The notes: generated from the letters alone by a model not told the origin. A stretch of DNA of 28,616 nt from Euryarchaeota archaeon UBA111 (GCA_002506025.1 DAWS01000084.1:1-28616); one strand, 5' to 3'; positions 16,966-25,515 are shown, numbered from the stretch's first letter. A program made the numbers and translations.

Positions 16966-17811
16966 ATGGGCGGCCTTGCTAGGGGCGGCCATGCCCCAGT
17001 GCTGATTACTTTCATGATGGGCTCTAGCGCCATCATCATTGGAGTAATGATCGATTCACTCAACGGTCTAATGCACCTCTTCGGAGTATTGTGCTGGATG
17101 ACGTCAGCGTTTTTCGTTAATTTTTGGCGTGACCCCGATCGTAAGATTCCCAATGACGATGATGTCCTAGTTTCTCCTGCTGATGGACATGTGATGTTTG
17201 TCCGACGCGAGCGAGCCACCGGCAGAAGGCCGAACTCAGAAGAGGCCAAATCAGATCTAATCGAAGTGGATGAACTAACTGGACCTTGGTATCCCGAACC
17301 GTTGGCAAATCCGCAAGAGTTCGCAACTGAGCAAAGATTTGAGGCTGTAAAGCCCGGACAGGAATCTCAAACAGATGTATTCAGAGTTGCTGTATTCATG
17401 TCTCCACTTGATGTCCATGTCAATCGTTCGCCTTGCGCCGCAACAATTGAACGAATGGAACATCGCACTGGACACGGTCGGAAAAGAGGACCATTTCTAC
17501 CTGCAATGAAAAAAGAAAGTGAGCACAATGAGCGAGTAAGAACGGTATTTTTGTCAGGTGACGACTTACGTATCGAGGTATGTCAAATATCTGGCGCTCT
17601 TGCTCGAACAATCGTTCCTTGGGCGGGCGTTGGTGATAAATTACGCAGAGGCCAGAGATACGGTATGATAAGACTCGGTTCAAGGGTCGATATTAGGGTG
17701 CCAGCTAATCTGTTTGAACCGGTTGTTGAATCTGCGGAGTCTGGTAACCCAGAATTGCCTAAAGGGCAGTTCGTCCAGGCTGGCTCTTCCATATTGTTCA
17801 GAAGTAAATAG
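16966..17811 (+). CDS. psd: Phosphatidylserine (archaetidylserine) decarboxylase proenzyme
   Basis: N-terminal TM segments, 'FWRDPDR', 'VSPADG', 'VFMSPLDVHVNRSP', 'QISGALARTI' and the self-cleavage region 'YGMIRLGSRVD'. SD AGGTGA upstream. Confidence 0.9.
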   Translation: MGGLARGGHAPVLITFMMGSSAIIIGVMIDSLNGLMHLFGVLCWMTSAFFVNFWRDPDRKIPNDDDVLVSPADGHVMFVRRERATGRRPNSEEAKSDLIEVDELTGPWYPEPLANPQEFATEQRFEAVKPGQESQTDVFRVAVFMSPLDVHVNRSPCAATIERMEHRTGHGRKRGPFLPAMKKESEHNERVRTVFLSGDDLRIEVCQISGALARTIVPWAGVGDKLRRGQRYGMIRLGSRVDIRVPANLFEPVVESAESGNPELPKGQFVQAGSSILFRSK

Positions 17812-17820
17812 GTGATTGTC

Positions 17821-18987
17821 ATGGATAAGAATATCTCACTAACCCTTGTTGGTAATAATCCCAAGCCAGCAAAAATCCATCACTTAGTTAAGGCTCCAGC
17901 AAATACTCCATGGGCAAGAGAAAAGCAACAATCCTGGGATGCCAATAAACCAGCAACGGTTTATGTCACGCCAGAGACCTTGCCAGATGGAACCCCATGT
18001 AGCGCAGTAACCGTTATTCTACGCACAAAAGGATGTCACTGGTGGTGGTCAAGTGGCTGCACATTTTGTGGATATTTCAATGATACCCGCGATGATGTAA
18101 CCAATGAAAACCTTCATTCACAATGGGAGTTAGCAAAGCAGCAACATGATAATTTTGCTGGCCAATCAATGGTAAAAATCTACACGTCTGGTTCTTTGCT
18201 TGAAGACCGTGAAATACCTATTCAATTTCAGGAAACAGTATTGCGAGAATGCCATGAATTAGGCAAAGAACTGATTGTTGAAAGCCGTTGCGAACAGCTG
18301 ACAGAGGAAAAGCTATCTTGGGCGACATCAATTAATCCATCATTCACCGTAGCAATTGGTTTAGAAGCATATGATGATGAGGTCCTTCGCTTCCATGTTA
18401 ACAAGGGATTTACCACAAAATCTTGGGATAGAGCAGTGGTAAACCTCAGAAAATTCAATTTGCGGATTAAGACCTATCTGATGTTCAAACCGCCATTTAT
18501 GTCTGAGAAAGATGCTCTCGACCACGGCGTAAGATGGATCAAAGATGTAGCAGGCCGAAGCGATGAGATTTCAGTGAATCCAATGAATATTCAGCGCGGG
18601 ACGGTTATAGACAGATTACACAGACACAATGAGTATCGCCCACCATGGCTTTGGTCCCTGGTTGAAATGATTAAGCAAGCACATCCACACATCTATCCTG
18701 ATGGCGGTGTTAACGGCTCTCCCGATCAAGTTTGCCGTCTGATTGTTCATCCAACCGCTGGAGGAAAAATTCGGGGCGCTCACAATTGTGGTAGTTGCGA
18801 TAAATTTGTCGTTGCGGCCATCGAACGCTATGCAGTAAGCGGGGATTTGCGAGAATTTGACGGACTATCTTGTGAATGCGAGTCCGTTTGGCGAGAAGAG
18901 TTAGCGCTCGAATCTGCCCTTCCTTTGCCGTTGGGCATCTCGCAGCCTAGACGAGGTAACCGTATTGAGAATCTCCGCTCGCTATGA
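17821..18987 (+). CDS. Radical SAM protein, archaeosine synthase beta subunit (RaSEA; TIGR01210-like)
   Basis: Motifs 'VILRTKGCHWWWSSGCTFCGY', 'KIYTSGSLL', 'IVESR', 'VAIGLE', 'YLMFKPPF', 'YRPPWLWS', 'AHNCGSCD'. The start is placed at ATG 17821, 5 nt after AGGTGA (the track gives GTG 17812). Confidence 0.85.
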   Translation: MDKNISLTLVGNNPKPAKIHHLVKAPANTPWAREKQQSWDANKPATVYVTPETLPDGTPCSAVTVILRTKGCHWWWSSGCTFCGYFNDTRDDVTNENLHSQWELAKQQHDNFAGQSMVKIYTSGSLLEDREIPIQFQETVLRECHELGKELIVESRCEQLTEEKLSWATSINPSFTVAIGLEAYDDEVLRFHVNKGFTTKSWDRAVVNLRKFNLRIKTYLMFKPPFMSEKDALDHGVRWIKDVAGRSDEISVNPMNIQRGTVIDRLHRHNEYRPPWLWSLVEMIKQAHPHIYPDGGVNGSPDQVCRLIVHPTAGGKIRGAHNCGSCDKFVVAAIERYAVSGDLREFDGLSCECESVWREELALESALPLPLGISQPRRGNRIENLRSL

Positions 18988-19044
18988 CCGGATTTCACAT
19001 TATCTGCTACTGAATGTTTATCATCACTCTACTAGTGGGTTGGA

Positions 19045-19063
19045 TTGACCCCTACGGGGTCAA
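19045..19063. promoter_or_regulatory. Perfect palindrome TTGACCCC-TAC-GGGGTCAA (candidate operator or RNA hairpin)
   Basis: 8-bp perfect inverted arms with a 3-nt spacer. It lies 21 nt downstream of a TATA-like TTTATCA (19017-19023) and 14 nt upstream of ATG 19078. Confidence 0.5.
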
Positions 19064-19077
19064 ACGGGGGAAATAGG

Positions 19078-19347
19078 ATGAACAACACAATATTGCCAGA
19101 TGTCACGGTCGGCTCAGGACAACCATCTATGGGAAGAGTCGCCCTCACCCTTATGTTCGTTGGAATGTTTGGGCTATTCGCCTTATTTGCCAACGTTTTC
19201 GGTTGGGACTCGATGCCAATTCTCGGCGATATAGTCCCGCTTATTGGTAACCTTGGTGGTAGCGGGATTTGGTATTACTTAGTCGGACTACTAATTGGCA
19301 TTGGCGTCATAGTAGCGACCCTAATTGGTGAGGTCGTCGTCGAATAG
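19078..19347 (+). CDS. Small hypothetical membrane protein (about 89 aa, 2 TM helices)
   Basis: Two Gly-rich hydrophobic helices. ATG 19078 is preferred over the track's TTG 19045, which is the palindrome arm. Confidence 0.7.
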   Translation: MNNTILPDVTVGSGQPSMGRVALTLMFVGMFGLFALFANVFGWDSMPILGDIVPLIGNLGGSGIWYYLVGLLIGIGVIVATLIGEVVVE

Positions 19348-19360
19348 ACGGAGGGATGAC

Positions 19361-21553
19361 ATGGAGCCAGTATTCATTGCCTCAGGGATTTTGCTTGTCG
19401 TATTAGTGATTGTGTCCTACTATGTGACTAACGGTATAGGAACAATGGGCGCACCCATGCGTCAGTTCGCTTTGTTTCTGATGAACAAGGCTCCCGTCGG
19501 CTTAGTTGATTTATTCAAAGACGAACCAGGAAGCGGTAGTCGGACATGGATGAAATATGGAACCGGCTGGTTTTTGCTGGCGGTAATATGTGGATTTATT
19601 GGCATCTGGCACAAATATGATCCTACAGCACTAGATTCTCTTGCCAGTATTGGTTGGTCTTATGACGATGGTTCAGCATTGGCTGATTTCACAAATTCAG
19701 TAATGGGTATCGCATTCACATATCTACTAGTCGGAGGTTGTTTAGTTGCCGTATCGAGAGTAGGCGAGAAGCGTTTAGCTAGCGAAGCCAATGCTTCGAT
19801 GGTTGCAGTGCTATACACCGCTTCAATGTCATTTAGCCTAATCTTAATACCGATAATCTTCAGATTTGTCGATTTGACTGATGAACAAAGCATCAGGGAT
19901 TTGATTACCTTGATGACTACTTATGTTGTATCGAGTCTGTTGTTTATCGCTCTGCTTATGAATGTCTTAGCAACCTATTCGACTAGGGGCGAGGGCACTT
20001 CATCTGTCACAGCTTGGTTCCTCATAATGGCGATAGTCGCTCGTCTTATTGGCTCTCTTTACCACGTGCTCGGAGAAGTCACCGATAATACACAAATGGT
20101 TTGGCTATCCGAGCGAGTACTCGACGGATGGGTTCCTTTGGCGCTGATGTTTGCTCTTGCTTATCACGTGATTCCTCATTCAGCCAAGGCACCGGTGTGG
20201 TCTGCTTCGCTACTTAACGCCAATATGGTCTTGCTATTTGTTACCGTACCACCGTTCTTCATGACCGAAGCAAATGCAGGCGAATTATTACAAAATGTGG
20301 GAGCGCTCCTGTTGACGTTTTCGATGTTGCCAATATTTGCTGGCTCCATTAATCTGCTAGTTACAGCTTCAGCCAACTCAGGTAATGTGTTGAAGAATCC
20401 GGGCTCACTAGCGGCAACCTTAGCCATGTTCTTGTTACCGATTTTTGCTGTGGGAGGTTACTTTACTGGCATGGATACACTGACTGGAACGGATAAGATG
20501 CTAACCATGTCAACCACCATTGACGATGGCTTCATGTTCACAGTCGGCGGTTTGATGATGCTATCAGCGATTTTTTCCTCATACCCCCTTGCTGCAGGTA
20601 AAAAACTAGCAGATTCGTCAAGAGGTAGTATGGCAGCATGGTTCATGATGTTCGGTGGTTTAGCAGCAACAATCACTATGCTAATCGGTGATTTCACTGA
20701 GAAGGCAGTTATAGATTCAGGTATTGAAGATGTAGTAGCCTCTACCTCAGGATTTTATCTCACCGCCGCAGCGTTGTTTTACCTAGTGGCCATTGCTGTA
20801 GTGCTATCGACCTTGGTGCTAATTAGAACAGGTACCTCCCCACAGAAATTAACAGAAGTCGCATCAGCCGAATCTGATGTCGAAACCTACACTCTTGTTG
20901 AAGGTACAACAACAACTATCCAACAATTGATTGGCAGAGGTGTTGGTGTCAACACAACTCTAGTTGTTGGCGACACGGTTGACGATGAAGGGGGCTCGAC
21001 AGTAATCGCAGTATCCGCTTCATTATACAACGACGAGGTAACTGAATTCCCTGAGGAAGCAACTGAAGATGTCGTAGAAGTCGACGATAAAGGGCCCGAT
21101 AAGCAACTTGTCATGCTAGTTGACTACCTAAAGAAAACCAATCAATCAGTGTTTGAATTCTTTAAGTCAATTGACCTTGACGATTCGGGTAATATCGATG
21201 GTTTCGAGTTTCAACAAGCACTGAAAACCAGCGACGTGGGTGATTATCCTCCATGGGAACTAGATGGGCTACTATCGGCCATAGATCTGGATAATGATGG
21301 TAAAATTAACCTTCCTGAATTAGACATAGCACTAGCACAAATTGCTGCAAAATATGCTCCTTCGGAACAAGATGAGTCTCCTGAAGAAGCACCCCATGAA
21401 GAAGCTGATTCGAAGGACACAGATGCTGCTAGCCATACTGAAGCATCGCTTGCTAAATTGAAGAAAGCTGAATTAATTGAAATTGCTAAAGATCTCGGAG
21501 TTTCTACTTCTGGAACAAAAAGCGACTTAACCTCCGCAATTTTAAACGCTTGA
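19361..21553 (+). CDS. Polytopic membrane protein resembling heme-copper oxidase (cbb3/CcoN-like) subunit I without His ligands, fused to two EF-hands and a C-terminal HeH/Rho-N-like domain
   Basis: About 13 hydrophobic segments. CcoN-like patterns are 'MNVLATYSTR...VTAWF', 'LAYHVIPHSAKAPVWSASL', 'LPIFAGSINLLVT', 'AIFSSYPLAAGKKL', 'AWFMMFGG'. EF loops are DLDDSGNIDGFE (21173) and DLDNDGKINLPE (21284). The C-terminus is 'LAKLKKAELIEIAKDLGVSTSGTKSDLTSAIL'. ATG 19361 follows GGAGGG. Confidence 0.7.
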   Translation: MEPVFIASGILLVVLVIVSYYVTNGIGTMGAPMRQFALFLMNKAPVGLVDLFKDEPGSGSRTWMKYGTGWFLLAVICGFIGIWHKYDPTALDSLASIGWSYDDGSALADFTNSVMGIAFTYLLVGGCLVAVSRVGEKRLASEANASMVAVLYTASMSFSLILIPIIFRFVDLTDEQSIRDLITLMTTYVVSSLLFIALLMNVLATYSTRGEGTSSVTAWFLIMAIVARLIGSLYHVLGEVTDNTQMVWLSERVLDGWVPLALMFALAYHVIPHSAKAPVWSASLLNANMVLLFVTVPPFFMTEANAGELLQNVGALLLTFSMLPIFAGSINLLVTASANSGNVLKNPGSLAATLAMFLLPIFAVGGYFTGMDTLTGTDKMLTMSTTIDDGFMFTVGGLMMLSAIFSSYPLAAGKKLADSSRGSMAAWFMMFGGLAATITMLIGDFTEKAVIDSGIEDVVASTSGFYLTAAALFYLVAIAVVLSTLVLIRTGTSPQKLTEVASAESDVETYTLVEGTTTTIQQLIGRGVGVNTTLVVGDTVDDEGGSTVIAVSASLYNDEVTEFPEEATEDVVEVDDKGPDKQLVMLVDYLKKTNQSVFEFFKSIDLDDSGNIDGFEFQQALKTSDVGDYPPWELDGLLSAIDLDNDGKINLPELDIALAQIAAKYAPSEQDESPEEAPHEEADSKDTDAASHTEASLAKLKKAELIEIAKDLGVSTSGTKSDLTSAILNA

Positions 21554-21566
21554 TGGGAGGCGGCGC

Positions 21567-22847
21567 ATGAAAATTGGTTTAGTCGGCAAACCTAATGTCG
21601 GCAAGTCAACGTTTTTTTCTTCGGCTACTCTAGCCAAGGTAGATATAGCAAACTACCCGTTTTGTACTATTGAACCTAATGTTGGAGTCGCTTTTATTGC
21701 TGCTAGACTAGATTGCCCTTGTAAAGAACTACGACAAAAGCTAGAAGCAGATGGCAGATTAGGACCGGCAGAAGAAAATGACCCACGCAAGGGTAGTATT
21801 TGTCAACCAAGAACCGGCACCTGTATCGGATTCAAACGTCTTGTGCCTTGTTACCTGGTTGATGTTGCTGGGCTTGTTCCAGGTGCTAGTGAAGGCAAAG
21901 GGAGGGGAAATGCTTTCCTCGCCGATTTATCGAATTGTGATGCTCTCATCCAAGTGGTAGATGCAGCAGCCTCAACAGATATTGAAGGCAATCCTATTTC
22001 ACCGGCGACAGATGTTAATACTGCATCACAGTCAATCCAACAAGAAATAGACTTCCTCAGCCTAGAACTCGATAACTGGATTTTGGGATTACTTGAGGAT
22101 AGTTGGTCCCGTGGTGTCAGAAGAGTTCAGTCTGAAGGTGAAAAGGGCATATTGAACTTTTTACATGACAAATTAACTGGTTTAGGCTCATCATTGGTAT
22201 TGGTAACTAGAGGATATGAGCAATTCAAAAATCAACATGATGAATCAACACCTCCTTGGGATTGGGATAAGGAGGTGTTGCAATTATTAGCACAAAATCT
22301 TCGCCGTGAATTATTCCCAATTCACATTGCAGCCAATAAAGCCGATATTGCAATCGATGGCGTGTTGAACTTAGTGGATGCGAATGGTATAATCGTGGCC
22401 TGCATGGCAGATATGGAACTTGGCTTGCGGAGAGCGTCATCGGCCGGCATGATTGATTATCAGATTGGTTCTGACAAATTTAGTATTGTCGATGACAGTA
22501 ATTTATCCACAAAACAACTCGATGCATTAAACAAAATGCAAGCAAAGTTGTCTGCGGTAGGATCGACAGGAGTTGCCAAAGTCATTGACAAGGTGCTTTT
22601 TGAACAACTTGACCACATAGTAGTCTATCCTGTGCAAGATGAAGGACAATGGACTGATGGTGAAGGTAAGATTCTCCCTGATGCTTTCGTAGTTCCTCAA
22701 GGCATCACTGCTAAACCATTGGCTTACAAGGTTCATAGCGACCTGGGTGATGGATTCATCAAAGGTGTCGATGGCAGAACCAGAAGAGCAGTTGGTGCTG
22801 ATTATGAGTTAATGAACGGTGACGTTTTGAAGATCCACTCAAAATAA
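21567..22847 (+). CDS. ychF: Obg-family YchF-related translation-associated GTPase, archaeal type, with TGS domain
   Basis: Motifs 'GLVGKPNVGKSTFF', 'NYPFCTIEPNVG', 'DVAGLVPGASEGKGRGNAFL', G4 'NKAD', the archaeal CPC...C...C insert, and TGS-like 'AYKVHSDLGDGF...GDVLKI'. Confidence 0.93.
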   Translation: MKIGLVGKPNVGKSTFFSSATLAKVDIANYPFCTIEPNVGVAFIAARLDCPCKELRQKLEADGRLGPAEENDPRKGSICQPRTGTCIGFKRLVPCYLVDVAGLVPGASEGKGRGNAFLADLSNCDALIQVVDAAASTDIEGNPISPATDVNTASQSIQQEIDFLSLELDNWILGLLEDSWSRGVRRVQSEGEKGILNFLHDKLTGLGSSLVLVTRGYEQFKNQHDESTPPWDWDKEVLQLLAQNLRRELFPIHIAANKADIAIDGVLNLVDANGIIVACMADMELGLRRASSAGMIDYQIGSDKFSIVDDSNLSTKQLDALNKMQAKLSAVGSTGVAKVIDKVLFEQLDHIVVYPVQDEGQWTDGEGKILPDAFVVPQGITAKPLAYKVHSDLGDGFIKGVDGRTRRAVGADYELMNGDVLKIHSK

Positions 22848-23234
22848 TTAGTGACCCTTTGGACGTTCGTATTCAGGAGTAAGTCTTGCCATATTACCAG
22901 CGAAATGCGCACTTCTGATGAAGAACCATGCCGGCGCAAATAGCGTCAGGCCAATTAGGATGAGAAGAAAATAAAGCCCCCAGGGGTCGACAGAACTGAT
23001 ATACATACCCCATAAGGTCCACAGTACTGGTATGTAGAGGAACATGCTATACCTTCTTGCTACCAATGAGAGTCTAGCGTTGCGTAGTTTTTCACTGTAC
23101 AGATTAGCTACTTCTTCCTCTGTAGCGATTTTCATCTCTACTGCGCAACGAATACAAACTTGAGCCCGTGGGCCATTTCCGTGAATAAATTGATCACGGG
23201 TAAAAGTGCCCAGACAGTGCCTACAGGTTGGCAT
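22848..23234 (-). CDS. Hypothetical membrane protein with N-terminal CxxC...CxxC zinc finger and 2 TM helices
   Basis: 'MPTCRHC...VCIRC' followed by two hydrophobic helices. ATG 23234 follows AGGGGAG (the track start is 23279). Confidence 0.72.
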   Translation of the reverse strand: MPTCRHCLGTFTRDQFIHGNGPRAQVCIRCAVEMKIATEEEVANLYSEKLRNARLSLVARRYSMFLYIPVLWTLWGMYISSVDPWGLYFLLILIGLTLFAPAWFFIRSAHFAGNMARLTPEYERPKGH

Positions 23235-23271
23235 TAACTCCCCTCGTGTTAACCTAATAGGTCTTGATTCT

Positions 23272-25515
23272 TCAAGCATCCGATTTCAGACCTAAAAATG
23301 CCTTAATTATTCCAATTCCATTTTCAGAACCAACGGACTCAGGGTGAAATTGAACACTATGAATTGGCAGAGAATTATGCCTCAGTCCCATGATTGAACC
23401 ATATTCATCGAAGGTGTTTGCTGTGAATTGACCTGAACCATTACCAGTAATCAATAGTGAATTGTATCTGACATACAGATCAGATTCTTGTTGCTTGACA
23501 AATAGTCCTGTGCCGTCACTTTGACAGACAACCGGTGTCCCATGGATTGCACCATTCGGGTCCTGAATCAATTCATATCCGTCCGTTACCCCAATTGCTT
23601 GATGCCCTAAACAGATACCAAATAATGGAACACTCAATTCCCCTGCAACCGCTAGATTTGCAATAGCCATTGTCAATTTCGAATCTTCAGGGACCCCTGG
23701 ACCTGGGCCCAAGATAATATGAGACGGCGGGTTATTGCTCAGCAATTTCGCCAGGTTTCCACTTAATGCATAATGCTCGGAGATTTGATTTCTGCCATTA
23801 ACAATACATACATTGTGACCAAGGCCGGCCACCACATTTGCGATATTTAGGGTGAAAGAGTCGAGGTTGTCGATAATTAGCACGCTATTTCTGATAGTGT
23901 CATCGTTTTGTGATTCAGTGACCAGGTTTATCTCCCCACACTGACTGAAATTGAACTGATTTTCTATTGGTAATTCTGTTACCTGTAAAGCACCTGTATT
24001 AGTCACATCAAACTCAGGTTTGAGCCAGCCGCAGGCTTTTCGAATTGCTTGTGATTTCCATACAGCCTCCGCCACTTCCATTTCGGGTTCTGAGCGGATG
24101 GTAATTCCGCCGCCAGCCCCAACAACACCAGACCATGATTTTCCACGCTTACGAGCCTCTAGAGTACGAATCAAGATATTCCACGAACAGTCATTGCTGA
24201 AAGGATCAAACCAACCAACAGAACCAGTCCAAAATGATCTGTTGGTGAGTTCAATCTGGTCAATTGCAGCGCTTACCATGGTCCTTGGACAACCGGTAAT
24301 ACTGCCACCTGGAAAAACCGCGTCAAATGCGTCACTACTAGTGTATTCAGAGGATAACTCACCAGTTATGTGAGATACCAGGTGATGGACATTAGCGTAA
24401 GATTCGACATTAAAACGGGAAACATTGACAGTCCCGACTTCAGAAACTATCGACAAATCATTGCGCATTAAATCGACTAACATACGATGCTCGGAGCGTT
24501 CCTTTACATCAGCAATCATCGATGCAATCATTCCCAAGTCTGCAGATTTATTGGCCCCACGAGTAACTGTGCCTTTGATTGGGGCAGTAGATAATATTCC
24601 ACTATTACATCTTAGCAATGTTTCGGGTGAGGAGGAAACGATTGCTAGGCCTAAGTCAACAGCCTCAACGTAGGCAGAAAAAGGAGCAGGATTTGTTACC
24701 GTTAATCGATGAAAGATTTTCAACGGGTGCTCAACTAATTTACCACGCCAGAAACGGCCAAAATTGATTTGATAAAACATACCCTTAGCAATAGCATCGG
24801 TGATTTGACCAATCTTGTCTAGGTGTTGCTGGTCGTTGATTGAAGAGATTTCTTGGTGACTATTTTCTGGCTGTTCGGTTAATTCAATTTCGATTTTTTT
24901 ATTTGCTGAAAGTATTGAGTTTACTGCTTCAGTCCAATCCTTATTTGAGCCATATACAGAGAATGCGCCCGTCGTATTGTTATGCACAACAAAATCCTCA
25001 ATCAACCACAATACTGCGAGTATAGCATTGTTATCCGGCTGCTTAGTCAACGCTATCGGCTGGGTCCATTGAATCATGTCATAAGCAACCGAACCAGTCC
25101 AAAAGGCTCCCTTAGGAAGTCCACGATGCTCCGTATGGAATTTTAGTTCCGGGGTAATTTGTTTCAATTTATTCATCAGGTCACCCAAACCTGCTGCAGA
25201 AATTATGTTTGAGTGATACCAACAACCATGCTTCCATTCTTCGAGTTCAGCGGTCAGTGTAGGAGTTTCACCTAGTAATTCCAACTTCCCCTCTAATGCA
25301 TTGTTTGGCTCAGTAACTGGCATACCCTCAGGCTGTCTTATCACGACTCTCATATTTGCTGGCCCACAAAGTATTGAGTTCTCTGCGAGATGAGTTGCAG
25401 GACCGCCTGAATTTAGAATTATGAGGTCAGGTGAGCCGAATTTAATCGCTCCCGTGCCAAGCAACTTAGCGTCAGTGAGCAGAGAAGAAAGGGCATTCAC
25501 CCCACCTATTTTCAT
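23272..25515 (-). CDS. pabB: Fused aminodeoxychorismate synthase PabB-PabA (chorismate-binding domain N-terminal, glutamine amidotransferase C-terminal)
   Basis: 'NPAPFSAY', 'SSSPETLL' and 'PIKGT' (the PabB-type Lys, where TrpE has PIAGT), plus 'KERSEHRMLVDLMRNDL' and 'FPGGSITGCP'. GATase motifs are 'IDNLDSFT', 'GPGPGVP', 'GICLGHQ' and 'QFHPES'. The ATG overlaps the pabC stop (TAATG). Confidence 0.85.
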   Translation of the reverse strand: MKIGGVNALSSLLTDAKLLGTGAIKFGSPDLIILNSGGPATHLAENSILCGPANMRVVIRQPEGMPVTEPNNALEGKLELLGETPTLTAELEEWKHGCWYHSNIISAAGLGDLMNKLKQITPELKFHTEHRGLPKGAFWTGSVAYDMIQWTQPIALTKQPDNNAILAVLWLIEDFVVHNNTTGAFSVYGSNKDWTEAVNSILSANKKIEIELTEQPENSHQEISSINDQQHLDKIGQITDAIAKGMFYQINFGRFWRGKLVEHPLKIFHRLTVTNPAPFSAYVEAVDLGLAIVSSSPETLLRCNSGILSTAPIKGTVTRGANKSADLGMIASMIADVKERSEHRMLVDLMRNDLSIVSEVGTVNVSRFNVESYANVHHLVSHITGELSSEYTSSDAFDAVFPGGSITGCPRTMVSAAIDQIELTNRSFWTGSVGWFDPFSNDCSWNILIRTLEARKRGKSWSGVVGAGGGITIRSEPEMEVAEAVWKSQAIRKACGWLKPEFDVTNTGALQVTELPIENQFNFSQCGEINLVTESQNDDTIRNSVLIIDNLDSFTLNIANVVAGLGHNVCIVNGRNQISEHYALSGNLAKLLSNNPPSHIILGPGPGVPEDSKLTMAIANLAVAGELSVPLFGICLGHQAIGVTDGYELIQDPNGAIHGTPVVCQSDGTGLFVKQQESDLYVRYNSLLITGNGSGQFTANTFDEYGSIMGLRHNSLPIHSVQFHPESVGSENGIGIIKAFLGLKSDA

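Noticed and set aside
16099-17249. Long antisense ORFs (16099-16590, 16597-16953, 16728-17249) and the + strand alternative frame 16710-16961
   Set aside because: These are shadows of the low-complexity coiled-coil and A/E/P-rich gene. They give Ser-rich translations with no motifs.
19325-19360. GTG start at 19325 for the large membrane protein, and TTG start at 19045 for the small one
   Set aside because: GTG 19325 overlaps the upstream gene, while ATG 19361 has a GGAGGG site. TTG 19045 is the first arm of the palindrome.
19361-21000. Calling the membrane protein a functional cbb3-type cytochrome c oxidase (ccoN)
   Set aside because: No HH or HxH ligand motifs are present, and there are no cytochrome c (CxxCH) subunit genes nearby.
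23272-25515. Anthranilate synthase TrpE(G)
   Set aside because: It has PIKGT and NPAPFS rather than PIAGT and NPSPYM, lies next to a PabC-like gene, and no other trp genes are present.
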